The translations under genes were made by a program, and so were the position numbers. The notes under the pieces were generated by a model that worked only from the letters and a program-made list of their open reading frames with translations, ran no database searches and was not told the origin of the DNA. Source: a bacterium (GTDB taxonomy: Bacteria > Armatimonadota > HRBIN16). From it: a stretch of 37,983 nucleotides of DNA. The stretch is from positions 1 to 37,983 of the forward strand of contig JANWXG010000001.1 in assembly GCA_025057335.1 (NCBI GenBank). The letters run 5' to 3'. How positions within the stretch are numbered: the stretch's first letter is position 1; the number at the start of each line of letters is the position of its first letter. This document shows, one piece after another, positions 9,739 to 18,645 of the stretch.

Positions 9739-10719
9739 ATGGAGTGGGAGTTCCAGGTCACTCCTTCCGTTCCAGAGGAGGTATACGATGTGGCGATTAT
9801 CGGCGGCGGTCCAGCAGGTGCCACTGCCGCCATCTATGCTGCCCGCGCCAATCTGAAGACCATTGTGATTGACAAAGGCATTGCCAACGGCGCATTAGGC
9901 ATCACCAGTAGAATCGCCAACTATCCGGGCGTTCCGGGTGAAATCAGTGGGGAGGAGCTGGTGCGGCGAATGCGCCAGCAAGCGGAGTCGTTTGGGGCAG
10001 TGTTCGTGCAAGACCGCATTCAGGCAACCGACCTGCTGAGCGACCCAAAGGTGTTATTTGGTAACGCGGGAACCTACACTGCCAAGGCAGTCATCATCGC
10101 CACCGGCTCGATGGGACGAGGCAATCGCGTGCCCGGAGAGGACCGTTTGCTAGGACGAGGTGTCTCGTACTGTGCCACCTGCGACGCCGCCTTCTTCCGC
10201 GACCAGGAGGTGGCGGTTGCAGGCAGCAGCGAAGAGGCAGTGGAAGAGGCACTGTTTCTGACCGGTTTCGCCAGTCGGGTACACTTCCTCTCTCCCAAGC
10301 GGGAGCTGCACGCGGACCCCGAACTGGTGAAAGAGCTCACCGAACATCCAAAGGTGACAACGTACTGGGGCGTCACCCTGCGCGAGGTCATCGGTGAGGA
10401 CAAGGTGGAAGCAGTGCGTTACCGCACCCCCATCGGCACCGAGGAGACCTTGCCTGTCGCGGGAGTGTTCATCTACCTGCAAGGCGGACATCCGATTACC
10501 GACTTCCTCGCGGGGCAAATCTCCCTAGGCGAGGGCGGATGTATCCTGGTGGATTCGGAGTACCAAACCGCTATCCCCGGCGTGTATGCTGTAGGTGACG
10601 TGATATGTCATCATGTGAAGCAGGCAGTGGTCGCCGCTGCCGAGGGGGCTATCGCCGCAATGGCAGTAGAGAAGCAGCTGCGCGGGCGCAAGAAGCTGGT
10701 GGTGGACTGGTCTAAGTAG
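9739..10719 (+). CDS. trxB: Thioredoxin reductase family flavoprotein with a CATC redox centre and a degenerate NAD(P)H-binding site
   Basis: FAD motif DVAIIGGGPAGATAAIYAAR, redox-active CATC (10171-10182) and C-terminal GVYAVGDV. The expected GGGxxA and HRRDxxR motifs read AGSSEEA and SPKRELH (10210-10311). Confidence 0.85.
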   Translation: MEWEFQVTPSVPEEVYDVAIIGGGPAGATAAIYAARANLKTIVIDKGIANGALGITSRIANYPGVPGEISGEELVRRMRQQAESFGAVFVQDRIQATDLLSDPKVLFGNAGTYTAKAVIIATGSMGRGNRVPGEDRLLGRGVSYCATCDAAFFRDQEVAVAGSSEEAVEEALFLTGFASRVHFLSPKRELHADPELVKELTEHPKVTTYWGVTLREVIGEDKVEAVRYRTPIGTEETLPVAGVFIYLQGGHPITDFLAGQISLGEGGCILVDSEYQTAIPGVYAVGDVICHHVKQAVVAAAEGAIAAMAVEKQLRGRKKLVVDWSK

Positions 10720-10859
10720 CGCGTGAGCTTTTCCCTCTCCTTACAGAGGACATGGAACGCCATTCTCTGAGCGCTCTATGTCCTCTGTGTTCAAACCACT
10801 CCTCACACAGAGGCTTTTCCTCCCCTTGCAGCGAACCCAAAGCTTCGAGGTGAATAACC

Positions 10860-11501
10860 ATGCAAGAGGTCGTGCGAGAGCTCATCGCGCAACGCGTGGT
10901 TGGGGTGTTGCGTCTGCCGCGGTCGGACCTAGCGTTGCGGGCACTGGAGGTGGCTATCGAGCATGGCGTGACGGCGGTGGAGGTCACCCTGACCACGCCC
11001 AACGCGCTGGAAATCCTCAGTGAAGCTCGCAAGCGCTGGGAAGGCAGAGCGTGGGTGGGTGCGGGTACCGTGTTGGACGCGGAGCACACAAGGCAAGCCA
11101 TTGAGGCTGGGGCGCAGTTTGTGGTATCGCCCATTCTGGACGCCGGGATGGTCGAGGCGGCGCTGGAGGCAGAGATACCCCCCATTCCGGGCGTGTTCAG
11201 CCCGACAGAGATTGTCACTGCCCACCGCTGGGGTGCGCCCATCGTGAAGGTATTCCCTGCCGTGACGTTGGGTACGGCATTCTTCAAGGAGGTGAAAGCG
11301 CCACTGCCGGGGATACCGCTCATGGCGGTCGGTGGTATCCATGCACATAATGCGGCAGAGTACCTACATGCGGGAGCGGACATGGTCGGCGTGGGAGGCG
11401 CACTCTTTCCGAAGACGGCGATTCTGGCTGGCGAGTTTGAAGGGGTGGCGCAAGCCGCCGAAGCGTTAGCAGCGCTGCGTCATCTCCACGACGATAGGTA
11501 A
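10860..11501 (+). CDS. eda: 2-dehydro-3-deoxyphosphogluconate (KDPG) / 4-hydroxy-2-oxoglutarate aldolase
   Basis: VVGVLRL...VEVTLTTPNALE...GAGTVLD...FVVSP...PGVFSPTE...IVKVFPA (Schiff-base Lys context) matches the Eda/DgoA family. Confidence 0.85.
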   Translation: MQEVVRELIAQRVVGVLRLPRSDLALRALEVAIEHGVTAVEVTLTTPNALEILSEARKRWEGRAWVGAGTVLDAEHTRQAIEAGAQFVVSPILDAGMVEAALEAEIPPIPGVFSPTEIVTAHRWGAPIVKVFPAVTLGTAFFKEVKAPLPGIPLMAVGGIHAHNAAEYLHAGADMVGVGGALFPKTAILAGEFEGVAQAAEALAALRHLHDDR

Positions 11502-11606
11502 CATCCCTGTGCGGCGGCTCAGCCTGAAGCCCTCTGCAAACGGTTCCAGCAGCGTTGTTCGGGTGTTGCGAAAGCGATGCGTCCAGTAACTCGCCTGCAT
11601 GAACGT

Positions 11607-12437
11607 TTATCGGCCCCTCTGCAGCCGCCGTCGGCGCTCCCACGCCACTAGCATCGCCATCCCTGCGGCGAGCGAAGCCATCGAGGCAGGCTCGGGAATA
11701 ACGAAAGGCGGCGGAGAGGAATGCGTGCTCTCGATCACCCCTATGAGCGCGACTAACAGCAGCGGCACGAGGACGAAATCGGTGTCGCGAGACTCTGTGA
11801 CGGTCGCTACCTCTAAACCCTCCGTTGACAGTATCGGTTCACCTTGCCAGAGCGTCAGCGTGAGGTTTTCCATCGTCTCAGGCAGCATCCCAGTTTCGGG
11901 CAACACGGGGAATACCGCTGTCACCACAGGAGGCTCCACAGGGGCTTCCTCGCGAGGTTCCTCCGACACGGATAACTCTGGTCGCAGGTCTACTTGGACA
12001 GGCATGCGTTCAGTCCGTTGCGGGGCATAGCCGGGCAGCTGCTCCGTCAAGGGGTTACCGCATTCACCTAGCAGCACGGGCTGTCCCGTTTGCAGGTGTA
12101 CGAAGACCTTTCTGCCTTTCGGCAGGTGTCGCACCTCCTCGCCGATAGTGCCGTCATTTCTGACGAAGAAGATGCGATACGTGCCACTACGCGGAAGCGG
12201 TCGCAGCCCAAGTTGGGTCTGCACGTAATTCGCTATCGCCTGCATAGGAACTCCGAAATGCGCTGCATAGCGAGCGGCTACCTTAGGGTCTTTCCTCACA
12301 AGTGTAGCGAGCTGAGCGGAGCTCGTCACCGGCTTGTCTAAAAACGAGCCTCGTGGCATCCTCTTGCTCCACGCGACACTAGAGCAAGAAAGCGTTACCA
12401 TCACAAGAACGCTGAAAATAGCCCAACGCGTTATCAT
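11607..12437 (-). CDS. PEP-CTERM sorting-domain protein (secreted, exosortase substrate type), otherwise uncharacterised
   Basis: The C-terminus VIPEPASMASLAAGMAMLVAWERRRRLQRGR is PEP + TM helix + Arg cluster. N-terminal signal-like MITRWAIFSVLVMVTLSCSSVAW. ATG 12437 is preceded by GAGGAGG; the track start at 12647 has no such support. Confidence 0.75.
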   Translation of the reverse strand: MITRWAIFSVLVMVTLSCSSVAWSKRMPRGSFLDKPVTSSAQLATLVRKDPKVAARYAAHFGVPMQAIANYVQTQLGLRPLPRSGTYRIFFVRNDGTIGEEVRHLPKGRKVFVHLQTGQPVLLGECGNPLTEQLPGYAPQRTERMPVQVDLRPELSVSEEPREEAPVEPPVVTAVFPVLPETGMLPETMENLTLTLWQGEPILSTEGLEVATVTESRDTDFVLVPLLLVALIGVIESTHSSPPPFVIPEPASMASLAAGMAMLVAWERRRRLQRGR

Positions 12438-12552
12438 CGTGCTCTCGACCTCCTCTGGTCGAAAGTCTAACATAATTCCCAACAGCAGTTCAATATTCTG
12501 ACTTGCCCTAACGCGAAAACCCGCAGCTTTGCTAGCGTTTCCGAGGGCTACC

Positions 12553-12581
12553 TTGCCTCCAGCGCGCAGGTGTGCTACATT
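12553..12581 (+). promoter_or_regulatory. Candidate promoter for the URO-D family gene
   Basis: TTGCCT (12553-12558), 17-nt spacer, TACATT (12576-12581). If real, it excludes the track start at 12570 and favours GTG 12609. Confidence 0.35.
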
Positions 12582-12608
12582 GAAAAGAAAAGGGCACAGG
12601 AGGCTCTG

Positions 12609-13652
12609 GTGAGCTACGCTATCGGCATAGAGGCGATACGCTTGCAATCCCCCGAACGGCTAGCGCATACCGAATACTGTAGCAACTACGCGCTGGTGCG
12701 GGCGGTGACAGGCAAAGACCCAACGAAAGCACCTGATGCTTGGCGCGATTTCTACGACGCTTGGCAGATAGACCTCCTCTGGGTGACTAACGATGGTGCC
12801 GTCCCTTGGTCGGAGCGGGGCAGAGTGACCGATATGGGGCATGCGGAGTTCCTAGAGGGGGGAATTGACCGGCGTGATAGGGTGTTCTGCCCCTTCCGGG
12901 ATGCTGAGGAGGTATTGCGGTTCGATGCGGTAGAAGAGTACGGTCTGCCCGACATGGATGAGCTGGTCGCCTACTACGAGAGTTTCTATCGCCAGGGGCA
13001 GGCAGAGCATCCGAACCAAATCTTCACGGCGGGTTACTACAAGACGCTCATTTCGGGCGCGATTGAGGCTTTCGGCTGGGAGAGGCTATTAGAAGCCGCT
13101 GCCGACCGCAGGCGATTCGACAAGGTGCTGGAGAGCTTCTACCAGTTGTCACTTCACCACTATCGGGCGTGGGCGAAGACCTCCACGCCAGTGTTCATCT
13201 GCCACGACGACATGGTATGGTCGGAGGGAGCCTTCCTGCATCCCGATTTCTATCGTTCTGCTATCTTCCCCCGCTACGCGAAGCTATGGCAGGTGCTGCA
13301 CGAGGCAGGGAAGGTAGTGCTGTTTTGCTCGGACGGCACGTGGACACAGTTCGTGGACGACATCGCACAAGCAGGTGCAGACGGATTCATCTTCGAACCC
13401 ACGACATCGCTGGAATACGTGGTAGAGCGCTACGGAAAGACCCACGTAATCGTGAGCAGTAAAGTGGACGCCCGCACGCTCACCTTCGGCATGCGCGAGC
13501 AGATACAGCGTGAGATCGACGACACGTTGCGCCTTGCTGCAGAATGCCCCGGTTTCGTCTTCGCCGTAGGAAACCACATCCCCAGCAACGTGCCTGTAGA
13601 CAATGCGCTGTACTACTTCGACTACTTGAGCAACAGGTGGTGGAGACGCTAA
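12609..13652 (+). CDS. Uroporphyrinogen decarboxylase (URO-D) family protein, MtaA/CmuA-like TIM-barrel
   Basis: Overall URO-D-like pattern (ICHDDMVWSEGAFL..., LFCSDG..., GADGFIFEP, FAVGNHIPSNVP). GTG 12609 follows CAGGAGG; the in-frame GTG 12570 is an alternative. Confidence 0.65.
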   Translation: MSYAIGIEAIRLQSPERLAHTEYCSNYALVRAVTGKDPTKAPDAWRDFYDAWQIDLLWVTNDGAVPWSERGRVTDMGHAEFLEGGIDRRDRVFCPFRDAEEVLRFDAVEEYGLPDMDELVAYYESFYRQGQAEHPNQIFTAGYYKTLISGAIEAFGWERLLEAAADRRRFDKVLESFYQLSLHHYRAWAKTSTPVFICHDDMVWSEGAFLHPDFYRSAIFPRYAKLWQVLHEAGKVVLFCSDGTWTQFVDDIAQAGADGFIFEPTTSLEYVVERYGKTHVIVSSKVDARTLTFGMREQIQREIDDTLRLAAECPGFVFAVGNHIPSNVPVDNALYYFDYLSNRWWRR

Positions 13653-13773
13653 CCGCGCCCTCACTCTGCTCGCCATCGCGGGCGATCGGGAAACCGCTCA
13701 CGTCGCCCCTCCGTTCTCTACGGAGGCTTCACGTCCCGTTCGCCCGCGATGGGGTCTACTATCACTCTGCTCC

Positions 13774-14940
13774 CTACAACTCCGAAACGCTCACCCAGCG
13801 CTTCTGCTGGCTGGAAATCTCCACCGCCTCGAGCACTGCCTGGTTACGCACCCCGTCCTCGAAATCGGGCTTGAACGGCTCTCCTTTGTCGAAAGCCTTC
13901 AGCATGGTGTAGAACAAGTTAATGAAGGTGTGCTCGTAGCCGATGATGTGTCCGACGGGCCACCAGGCGCTCATGAAAGGATGTACGCTATCGCTTGCCT
14001 GCACGACGCGGAAGCCTCGAATGTGCGGCGGGTCGTCCTGCAGGTAGACCTCGAGCTCGTTCATGCGTTCCAAGTTGAACACGAGGCTGCCCTTGCTGCC
14101 GTTAATCTCGAAACGGTTGTAGTTTTTGCGTCCTAGCGCAAAGCGCGTGGCTTCGATGCTACCGATCGCGCCGTTCTCGAAGCGCAGCAAGAACAGCGCC
14201 GCATCGTCCACCGTGACCTCGCCCATCTCGCTGCTGGCGACGCCTCCCAGGCGGTCATCGGCTGCCGCCAGCTTCGGTCGCTGCTTGATGAAGGTTTCCA
14301 TCATGCCCGACACTTCGGTAATCTCCCCGACGAGGAAGCGCGCCATGTCGATAAGGTGCGCGTTCAGGTCGCCGTGTGCGCCTGAGCCAGCTATCTCTTT
14401 TTGCAGGCGCCATACCAGTGGGAAGTTCGGGTCCACAATCCAGTCCTGCAAGTAGGTGCCCCGGAAGTGGTAGATAGTGCCGATCCGTCCTTCCTCAATG
14501 AGCTGCTTTGCGAGCTGCACTGCGGGGGCATAACGGTAGTTGTGACACAGCGCGTGGCGCACGCCGTTCTTCTGCACTGCCTCGTACATCTGGCGAGCTT
14601 CCGCCAGAGTGTTCGCCAGCGGCTTCTCGCACAACACCATCTTGCCGGCGTTCGCCGCAGCAATCGCGATAGGCGCGTGCATGTTGCCGGGTACCGACAC
14701 GTCCACGAGGTCGATGTCTTTACGCTCCACCACCCGCTCCCAGGAGGTGTCGTACTCCTCCCAGCCGTACTTCTGGGCGGCTTTGCGCACGTTCTCCTCG
14801 TTGCGCCCGCAAATCACCTTCAGCACCGGCTCTACTTCCAGGTCGTCGAAGAAGCGAGCGACCTGTCGGTACGCGTTGCTGTGCGCCTTGCCCATGAACT
14901 GATAGCCAATCAACGCGACGTTGATTTTGCGTTTGCTCAT
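13774..14940 (-). CDS. Gfo/Idh/MocA family NAD(P)-dependent oxidoreductase
   Basis: N-terminal Rossmann [19 protein letters not shown] plus the EKPLA motif ([10 protein letters not shown]). GAGGAGGAGG RBS upstream. Confidence 0.9.
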   Translation of the reverse strand: MSKRKINVALIGYQFMGKAHSNAYRQVARFFDDLEVEPVLKVICGRNEENVRKAAQKYGWEEYDTSWERVVERKDIDLVDVSVPGNMHAPIAIAAANAGKMVLCEKPLANTLAEARQMYEAVQKNGVRHALCHNYRYAPAVQLAKQLIEEGRIGTIYHFRGTYLQDWIVDPNFPLVWRLQKEIAGSGAHGDLNAHLIDMARFLVGEITEVSGMMETFIKQRPKLAAADDRLGGVASSEMGEVTVDDAALFLLRFENGAIGSIEATRFALGRKNYNRFEINGSKGSLVFNLERMNELEVYLQDDPPHIRGFRVVQASDSVHPFMSAWWPVGHIIGYEHTFINLFYTMLKAFDKGEPFKPDFEDGVRNQAVLEAVEISSQQKRWVSVSEL

Positions 14941-15198
14941 GTTCGCCTCCTCCTCATGCTATAACCTGATTTGTCATGTGATCGCTGCTTCCGTCCGCTC
15001 CCCGGGCTGCATCCATATGTTCTAGCCCGACAAGGGCTCATTTTCCTCCCCTGTGGAATGGGTAGCAACTCGCTGTCGCCTCCAATCCTCATGTGCGCGT
15101 CGATTTTAACATAGGGGAGCCAGAGCAGGCAATACACGGGAATGTTCGGCAATCTTCTTTCGCCACATCGCGCTGGCGCTCTGCCTGATGCAAACCTT

Positions 15199-15484
15199 CT
15201 GGAGGGTCACGCTCCTTCGTGACCCTGAGTTTGGACGCAACAGAGTGCGTCCCTCCAGATGTTGAATATCGGACGCGACAGAGCGCGTCCCTCCAATCTG
15301 AGCAAACAGGCTCTGGAGGGTCAAGATCTGTCATGACCCCTTTCAGACGCGACGGAGCGCGTCCCTCCAGATGTTGGAGTATCGGATGCGACAGAGGCGC
15401 CTCCCCCAGTCTGAACAGACACGTTTGGAGGGTCACGCTCCGTCGTGACCCTGAGTTTGGACGCGACGGAGCGCGTCCCTCCAG
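15199..15484. repeat. Composite palindromic tandem repeat: about 2.5 copies of a ~113-nt unit
   Basis: 58-60-nt full units lie at 15199-15258, 15313-15370 and 15425-15484, with consensus CTGGAGGGTCACGCTCCGTCGTGACCCTGAGTTTGGACGCGACGGAGCGCGTCCCTCCAG. They alternate with half units at 15271-15296 and 15384-15409 after the conserved spacer ATGTTGRAKTATC. Each full unit holds two internal hairpins plus outer GGAGGG/CCCTCC arms. Confidence 0.85.
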
Positions 15485-15647
15485 GGGTACGTGCACCTTA
15501 CACGTGCTTCACAAGTAAGATGCCCATGCTACGGTCGACGCCTGCCAGAGGATGCTCGGACGGGAAGGAGCCTCCTCCTCGCCTACCGTCTCTCCGCGAG
15601 CAAGACTTCGGCAGTAGCAGGTAGAATACGATGAGGGGAAACGTTCG

Positions 15648-16778
15648 GTGGGAGGTGCTGCGTTGAGAGACCCACGTTGGGAGAAGCTGGCGCAAGTGCT
15701 GGTCATGCATAGCACGCGCGTGCAGCCTGGTGACAAGGTATTGATCGAGGCGACGGACGTGCCCGAAGAGTTTCTCTGCGTGCTGATAGAGCAGGTCGTG
15801 CAGGCAGGGGGGCTCCCTCTGGTAGACATCAAGCAGTCCAGGGTGATGCGCACCCTGCAACGGCTTGCGACCGAAGAGCAGCTGCACACGATTGCCGATG
15901 TAGAGAGATACCGCATGGAGAAGATGCACTGTTACATCGGCGTGCGCGGCACGCTCAACAGCGCCCAAATGTCGGACGTGCCGATGGAGAAGGTGGAGCT
16001 GGTACAGCGGCTGTGGTGGAAGCCTGTACACAGCGAGGTGCGGGTGCCCCATACCCGCTGGGTGGTATTGCGCTGGCCCAACGATAGCATGGCGCAGCAG
16101 GCGAACATGAGCACGGAGGCGTTTGAAGACTTCTACTTCCGCGTGTGCACGCTGGACTACAGCCGCATGGAGCGCGCCGTGCAGCCCCTGGTAGAGCTCA
16201 TGAGCCAGACCGACCGCGTACGGCTCGTCGGCGCGGGCACTGACCTGACCTTCTCCATCCGGGGCATTCCAGTGGTTCCCTGCTACGGGATGCGCAACAT
16301 CCCCGATGGAGAATGCTTCACCGCCCCTGTGCGCGACTCCGTAGAGGGCGAGATTACCTTCAACGTGCCCTCGCTATATCACGGCAAGACCTTCGAAAAC
16401 ATTCGCCTCGTGTTTCGACAGGGCAAGATTGTGGAAGCGACATGTAACCTCACAGAGGAGTTGAACACGATACTAGACTTCGACGAGGGGGCACGGTATG
16501 TCGGCGAGTTCTCCCTAGGTTTCAACCCGTACATCCTGCATCCCATGCGCGATACGCTTTTCGATGAGAAGATAGCGGGCTCTCTACACTTCACCCCAGG
16601 TAACGCCTACACTGTGGCAGACAACGGCAACCGCTCACAGATACACTGGGACCTTGTGTTAATCCAGCGCCCAGAGTACGGAGGAGGCGAGGTCTACTTC
16701 GATGACCGCTTAGTGCGTAAGGATGGCCTGTTCGTCCTCCCGGAGCTAGAGGCACTCAACCCCGACAACTTGCGCTAA
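15648..16778 (+). CDS. Aminopeptidase, peptidase family M29 (AmpS/PepS-like)
   Basis: 376 aa. N-terminal DPRWEKLAQVLVMHSTRVQPGDKVLIEA and C-terminal GEFSLGFNP...LFDEKIAGSLHFTPGNAY...HWDLV are typical of M29. Confidence 0.85.
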   Translation: MGGAALRDPRWEKLAQVLVMHSTRVQPGDKVLIEATDVPEEFLCVLIEQVVQAGGLPLVDIKQSRVMRTLQRLATEEQLHTIADVERYRMEKMHCYIGVRGTLNSAQMSDVPMEKVELVQRLWWKPVHSEVRVPHTRWVVLRWPNDSMAQQANMSTEAFEDFYFRVCTLDYSRMERAVQPLVELMSQTDRVRLVGAGTDLTFSIRGIPVVPCYGMRNIPDGECFTAPVRDSVEGEITFNVPSLYHGKTFENIRLVFRQGKIVEATCNLTEELNTILDFDEGARYVGEFSLGFNPYILHPMRDTLFDEKIAGSLHFTPGNAYTVADNGNRSQIHWDLVLIQRPEYGGGEVYFDDRLVRKDGLFVLPELEALNPDNLR

Positions 16779-16867
16779 TCAGACAGCCTCTTGGGAGGCG
16801 TTGCCCCTATTCGGCCGGCAGGGTTACTACTTGCCCCAGCCTCCCAACAGGCTACAGGAGGAGTAAA

Positions 16868-17839
16868 GTGATAACGGCAGCGATGTCAAAGGCATCAGAA
16901 CCGCCGAAGGTGCTGACTGTGACACTGAACCCTTCGGTAGACCGTCTGGTGTATGTTCAGCAGCTGCAACGTCACGATACCAACCGCATCCTGCGCATCG
17001 AGGAGGATGTGGGAGGCAAGGGCGTGAACGTGGCTCGCGTGCTCAGGCGACTGGGCGTGCCTGTGGTGGCGACTGGCTTCCTCGGCGGCAGAACGGGCAG
17101 GTATGTGCAGCGGGAGCTCGAGGAGATGGAAAGTGTGCAGTGCGAGTTCGTGTGGGTGCCCGGCGAGACGAGAACGAACCTCGCGATACAGGAAGCAGAC
17201 GGCTCCCCGCCCACTGCTCTCAACGAGCGCGGTCCTGAAATTGCTCCGGAAGATCTGGACACCCTGATACGGATAGTGGAAAACCGCTCAACACAGGTAC
17301 AGTTTGTGGTGTTGGGAGGAAGCCTGCCGCCAGGCGTCCCGACTGACATCTACGCGACGCTGGGGGAGGTGGCGGCACGTCGTGGCAGCAAGGTCGTACT
17401 GGATGCGGACGGCGAGCCGTTGGTGCAGGGGTTGAAAGCATCTCCCTACCTGATTAAGCCCAACGAGAACGAAACCGAGCGCCTGCTGGGCAGACCTATC
17501 GATACTCTGCAGGACGCGGCGGAGGCAGCAAGGGAGCTGCACAAAAGAGGCATTCCCGTTGTGATTGTCTCCATTGGTGAGAAGGGGGCTGCGGTCGCTT
17601 GCGAGCAGGGTTGCTGGGTAGCCGTTCCGCCGAAGGTGCGCGCTGTCAGCACGATTGGCTCTGGAGACTCGATGGTTGCGGGGGTGATCAGCGTGCTCGC
17701 GCGCCAAGGCACCATTCAGGAAGCGATGCGCTGGGGCACGGCAGCAGGCGCTGCGACCGCGATGACCGACGGTTGCGATATCGGCACCTACCAGCAGATT
17801 GAGGAACTCGTCCCTGCAGTGAGGGTCAGCCCATGCTAG
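16868..17839 (+). CDS. pfkB: 1-phosphofructokinase family hexose-phosphate kinase (PfkB/ribokinase superfamily)
   Basis: VLTVTLNPSVDR..., GGKGVNVARVL, and the C-terminal anion-hole motif STIGSGDSMVAG. GTG start follows CAGGAGGAG. Confidence 0.85.
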   Translation: MITAAMSKASEPPKVLTVTLNPSVDRLVYVQQLQRHDTNRILRIEEDVGGKGVNVARVLRRLGVPVVATGFLGGRTGRYVQRELEEMESVQCEFVWVPGETRTNLAIQEADGSPPTALNERGPEIAPEDLDTLIRIVENRSTQVQFVVLGGSLPPGVPTDIYATLGEVAARRGSKVVLDADGEPLVQGLKASPYLIKPNENETERLLGRPIDTLQDAAEAARELHKRGIPVVIVSIGEKGAAVACEQGCWVAVPPKVRAVSTIGSGDSMVAGVISVLARQGTIQEAMRWGTAAGAATAMTDGCDIGTYQQIEELVPAVRVSPC

Positions 17840-18528
17840 CGGGTAGAGACCGATGCCTGTTTAAGCTGAATACCGCCATTGCAGCATGCGAGCGGTGTCC
17901 ACGCCTAGTGCAATACATCCAGCAGGTAGCGCACACCCGACGCCGTGCCTACCTCCACTGGGAGTACTGGGGCAAGCCGGTGCCGAATTTCGGAACGGCT
18001 GAGGCGAAGATACTTGTGGTCGGTTTAGCTCCCGCTGCACACGGCGGTAACCGTACTGGACGCCTCTTCACAGGTGACGAGAGCGGAAACTGGCTCTTTC
18101 GTGCGTTGTACGAAGTGGGGTTGGCAAACCAGCCAGAAAGCCTACATCGAGACGACGGGATGGAATTGCACCACACGCTGATGACCGCTGTGTGTCACTG
18201 TGCGCCGCCCGCGAACAAGCCGACTCGCGAGGAGCTGCAGAACTGCCAACACTGGATGAAAGCTACCCTGCGCTGTGCACAGGAGTGGAAAGTAGCGGTC
18301 ACCCTGGGAAGGGTTGCCTTCGAGTGGACGCTCCGGGCGCTACGGGAAACGGGCGTTGAGCATAGCGTGAAGCCCTCGCAGTTCGCGCACGGCGCCGAGT
18401 TTGCTCTACCACACGGCAGGTGGATGCTGTGCAGCTATCACCCGAGCCAGCAGAACACTTTTACGGGCAAGCTGACACGCGAGATGCTCCGTGCCGTGTT
18501 CGAGCGCGCGGTGCAGCTCGCCCGATAG
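17833..18528 (+). CDS. Uracil-DNA glycosylase, family 5 (UdgB-type, Fe-S cluster)
   Basis: CERCPRL cluster Cys residues, motif A GLAPAAHGGNRTGRLFTGD (the family 5 signature lacks the polar catalytic residue) and motif B YHPSQQN. Overlaps the pfkB end by 7 nt. Confidence 0.85.
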   Translation: MLAGRDRCLFKLNTAIAACERCPRLVQYIQQVAHTRRRAYLHWEYWGKPVPNFGTAEAKILVVGLAPAAHGGNRTGRLFTGDESGNWLFRALYEVGLANQPESLHRDDGMELHHTLMTAVCHCAPPANKPTREELQNCQHWMKATLRCAQEWKVAVTLGRVAFEWTLRALRETGVEHSVKPSQFAHGAEFALPHGRWMLCSYHPSQQNTFTGKLTREMLRAVFERAVQLAR

Positions 18529-18645
18529 CAGTGTCTCGTGCTGCTGTTTCACTCCGAGCAGGAGAGTCCTCACATAGAGGAGAAAAAGAGAAGCCATGCT
18601 ACAGAGCATCACGGTTCAAAATCCCGCAGGGGGTTATCGGTTCCA

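Noticed and set aside
10744-10787. 10-bp perfect inverted repeat CAGAGGACAT...ATGTCCTCTG after trxB, as a possible terminator
   Set aside because: The loop is 24 nt and no U-tract follows, so it is not a canonical intrinsic terminator. It may still be a regulatory or processing hairpin, but I cannot support that.
10712-11383. 223-aa minus-strand ORF opposite eda
   Set aside because: The plus frame carries clear KDPG-aldolase motifs, including the VKVFPA lysine. The minus frame has no motifs.
13661-13775. Nested inverted repeats (GCCATCGCGGGCG / CGCCCGCGATGG; CTCCGT....ACGGAG) between the convergent URO-D family and oxidoreductase genes, as a bidirectional terminator
   Set aside because: It is plausible, but the outer arms are about 57 nt apart and there are no flanking T/A tracts, so I did not call it as a feature.
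15199-15484. Possible CRISPR array (regularly spaced repeats)
   Set aside because: The sequences between the repeats are only about 12-16 nt long and are themselves conserved. The repeats are of two alternating sizes and internally palindromic. No cas genes or leader are present. This is a tandemly arranged REP/MITE-like element, not CRISPR.
15089-15518. ORFs 15089..15496 (-), 15106..15324 (-) and 15219..15518 (+) containing LEGRAPSRP-type peptides
   Set aside because: They are translations of the palindromic repeat units. The same peptide motif recurs because the DNA repeat recurs.
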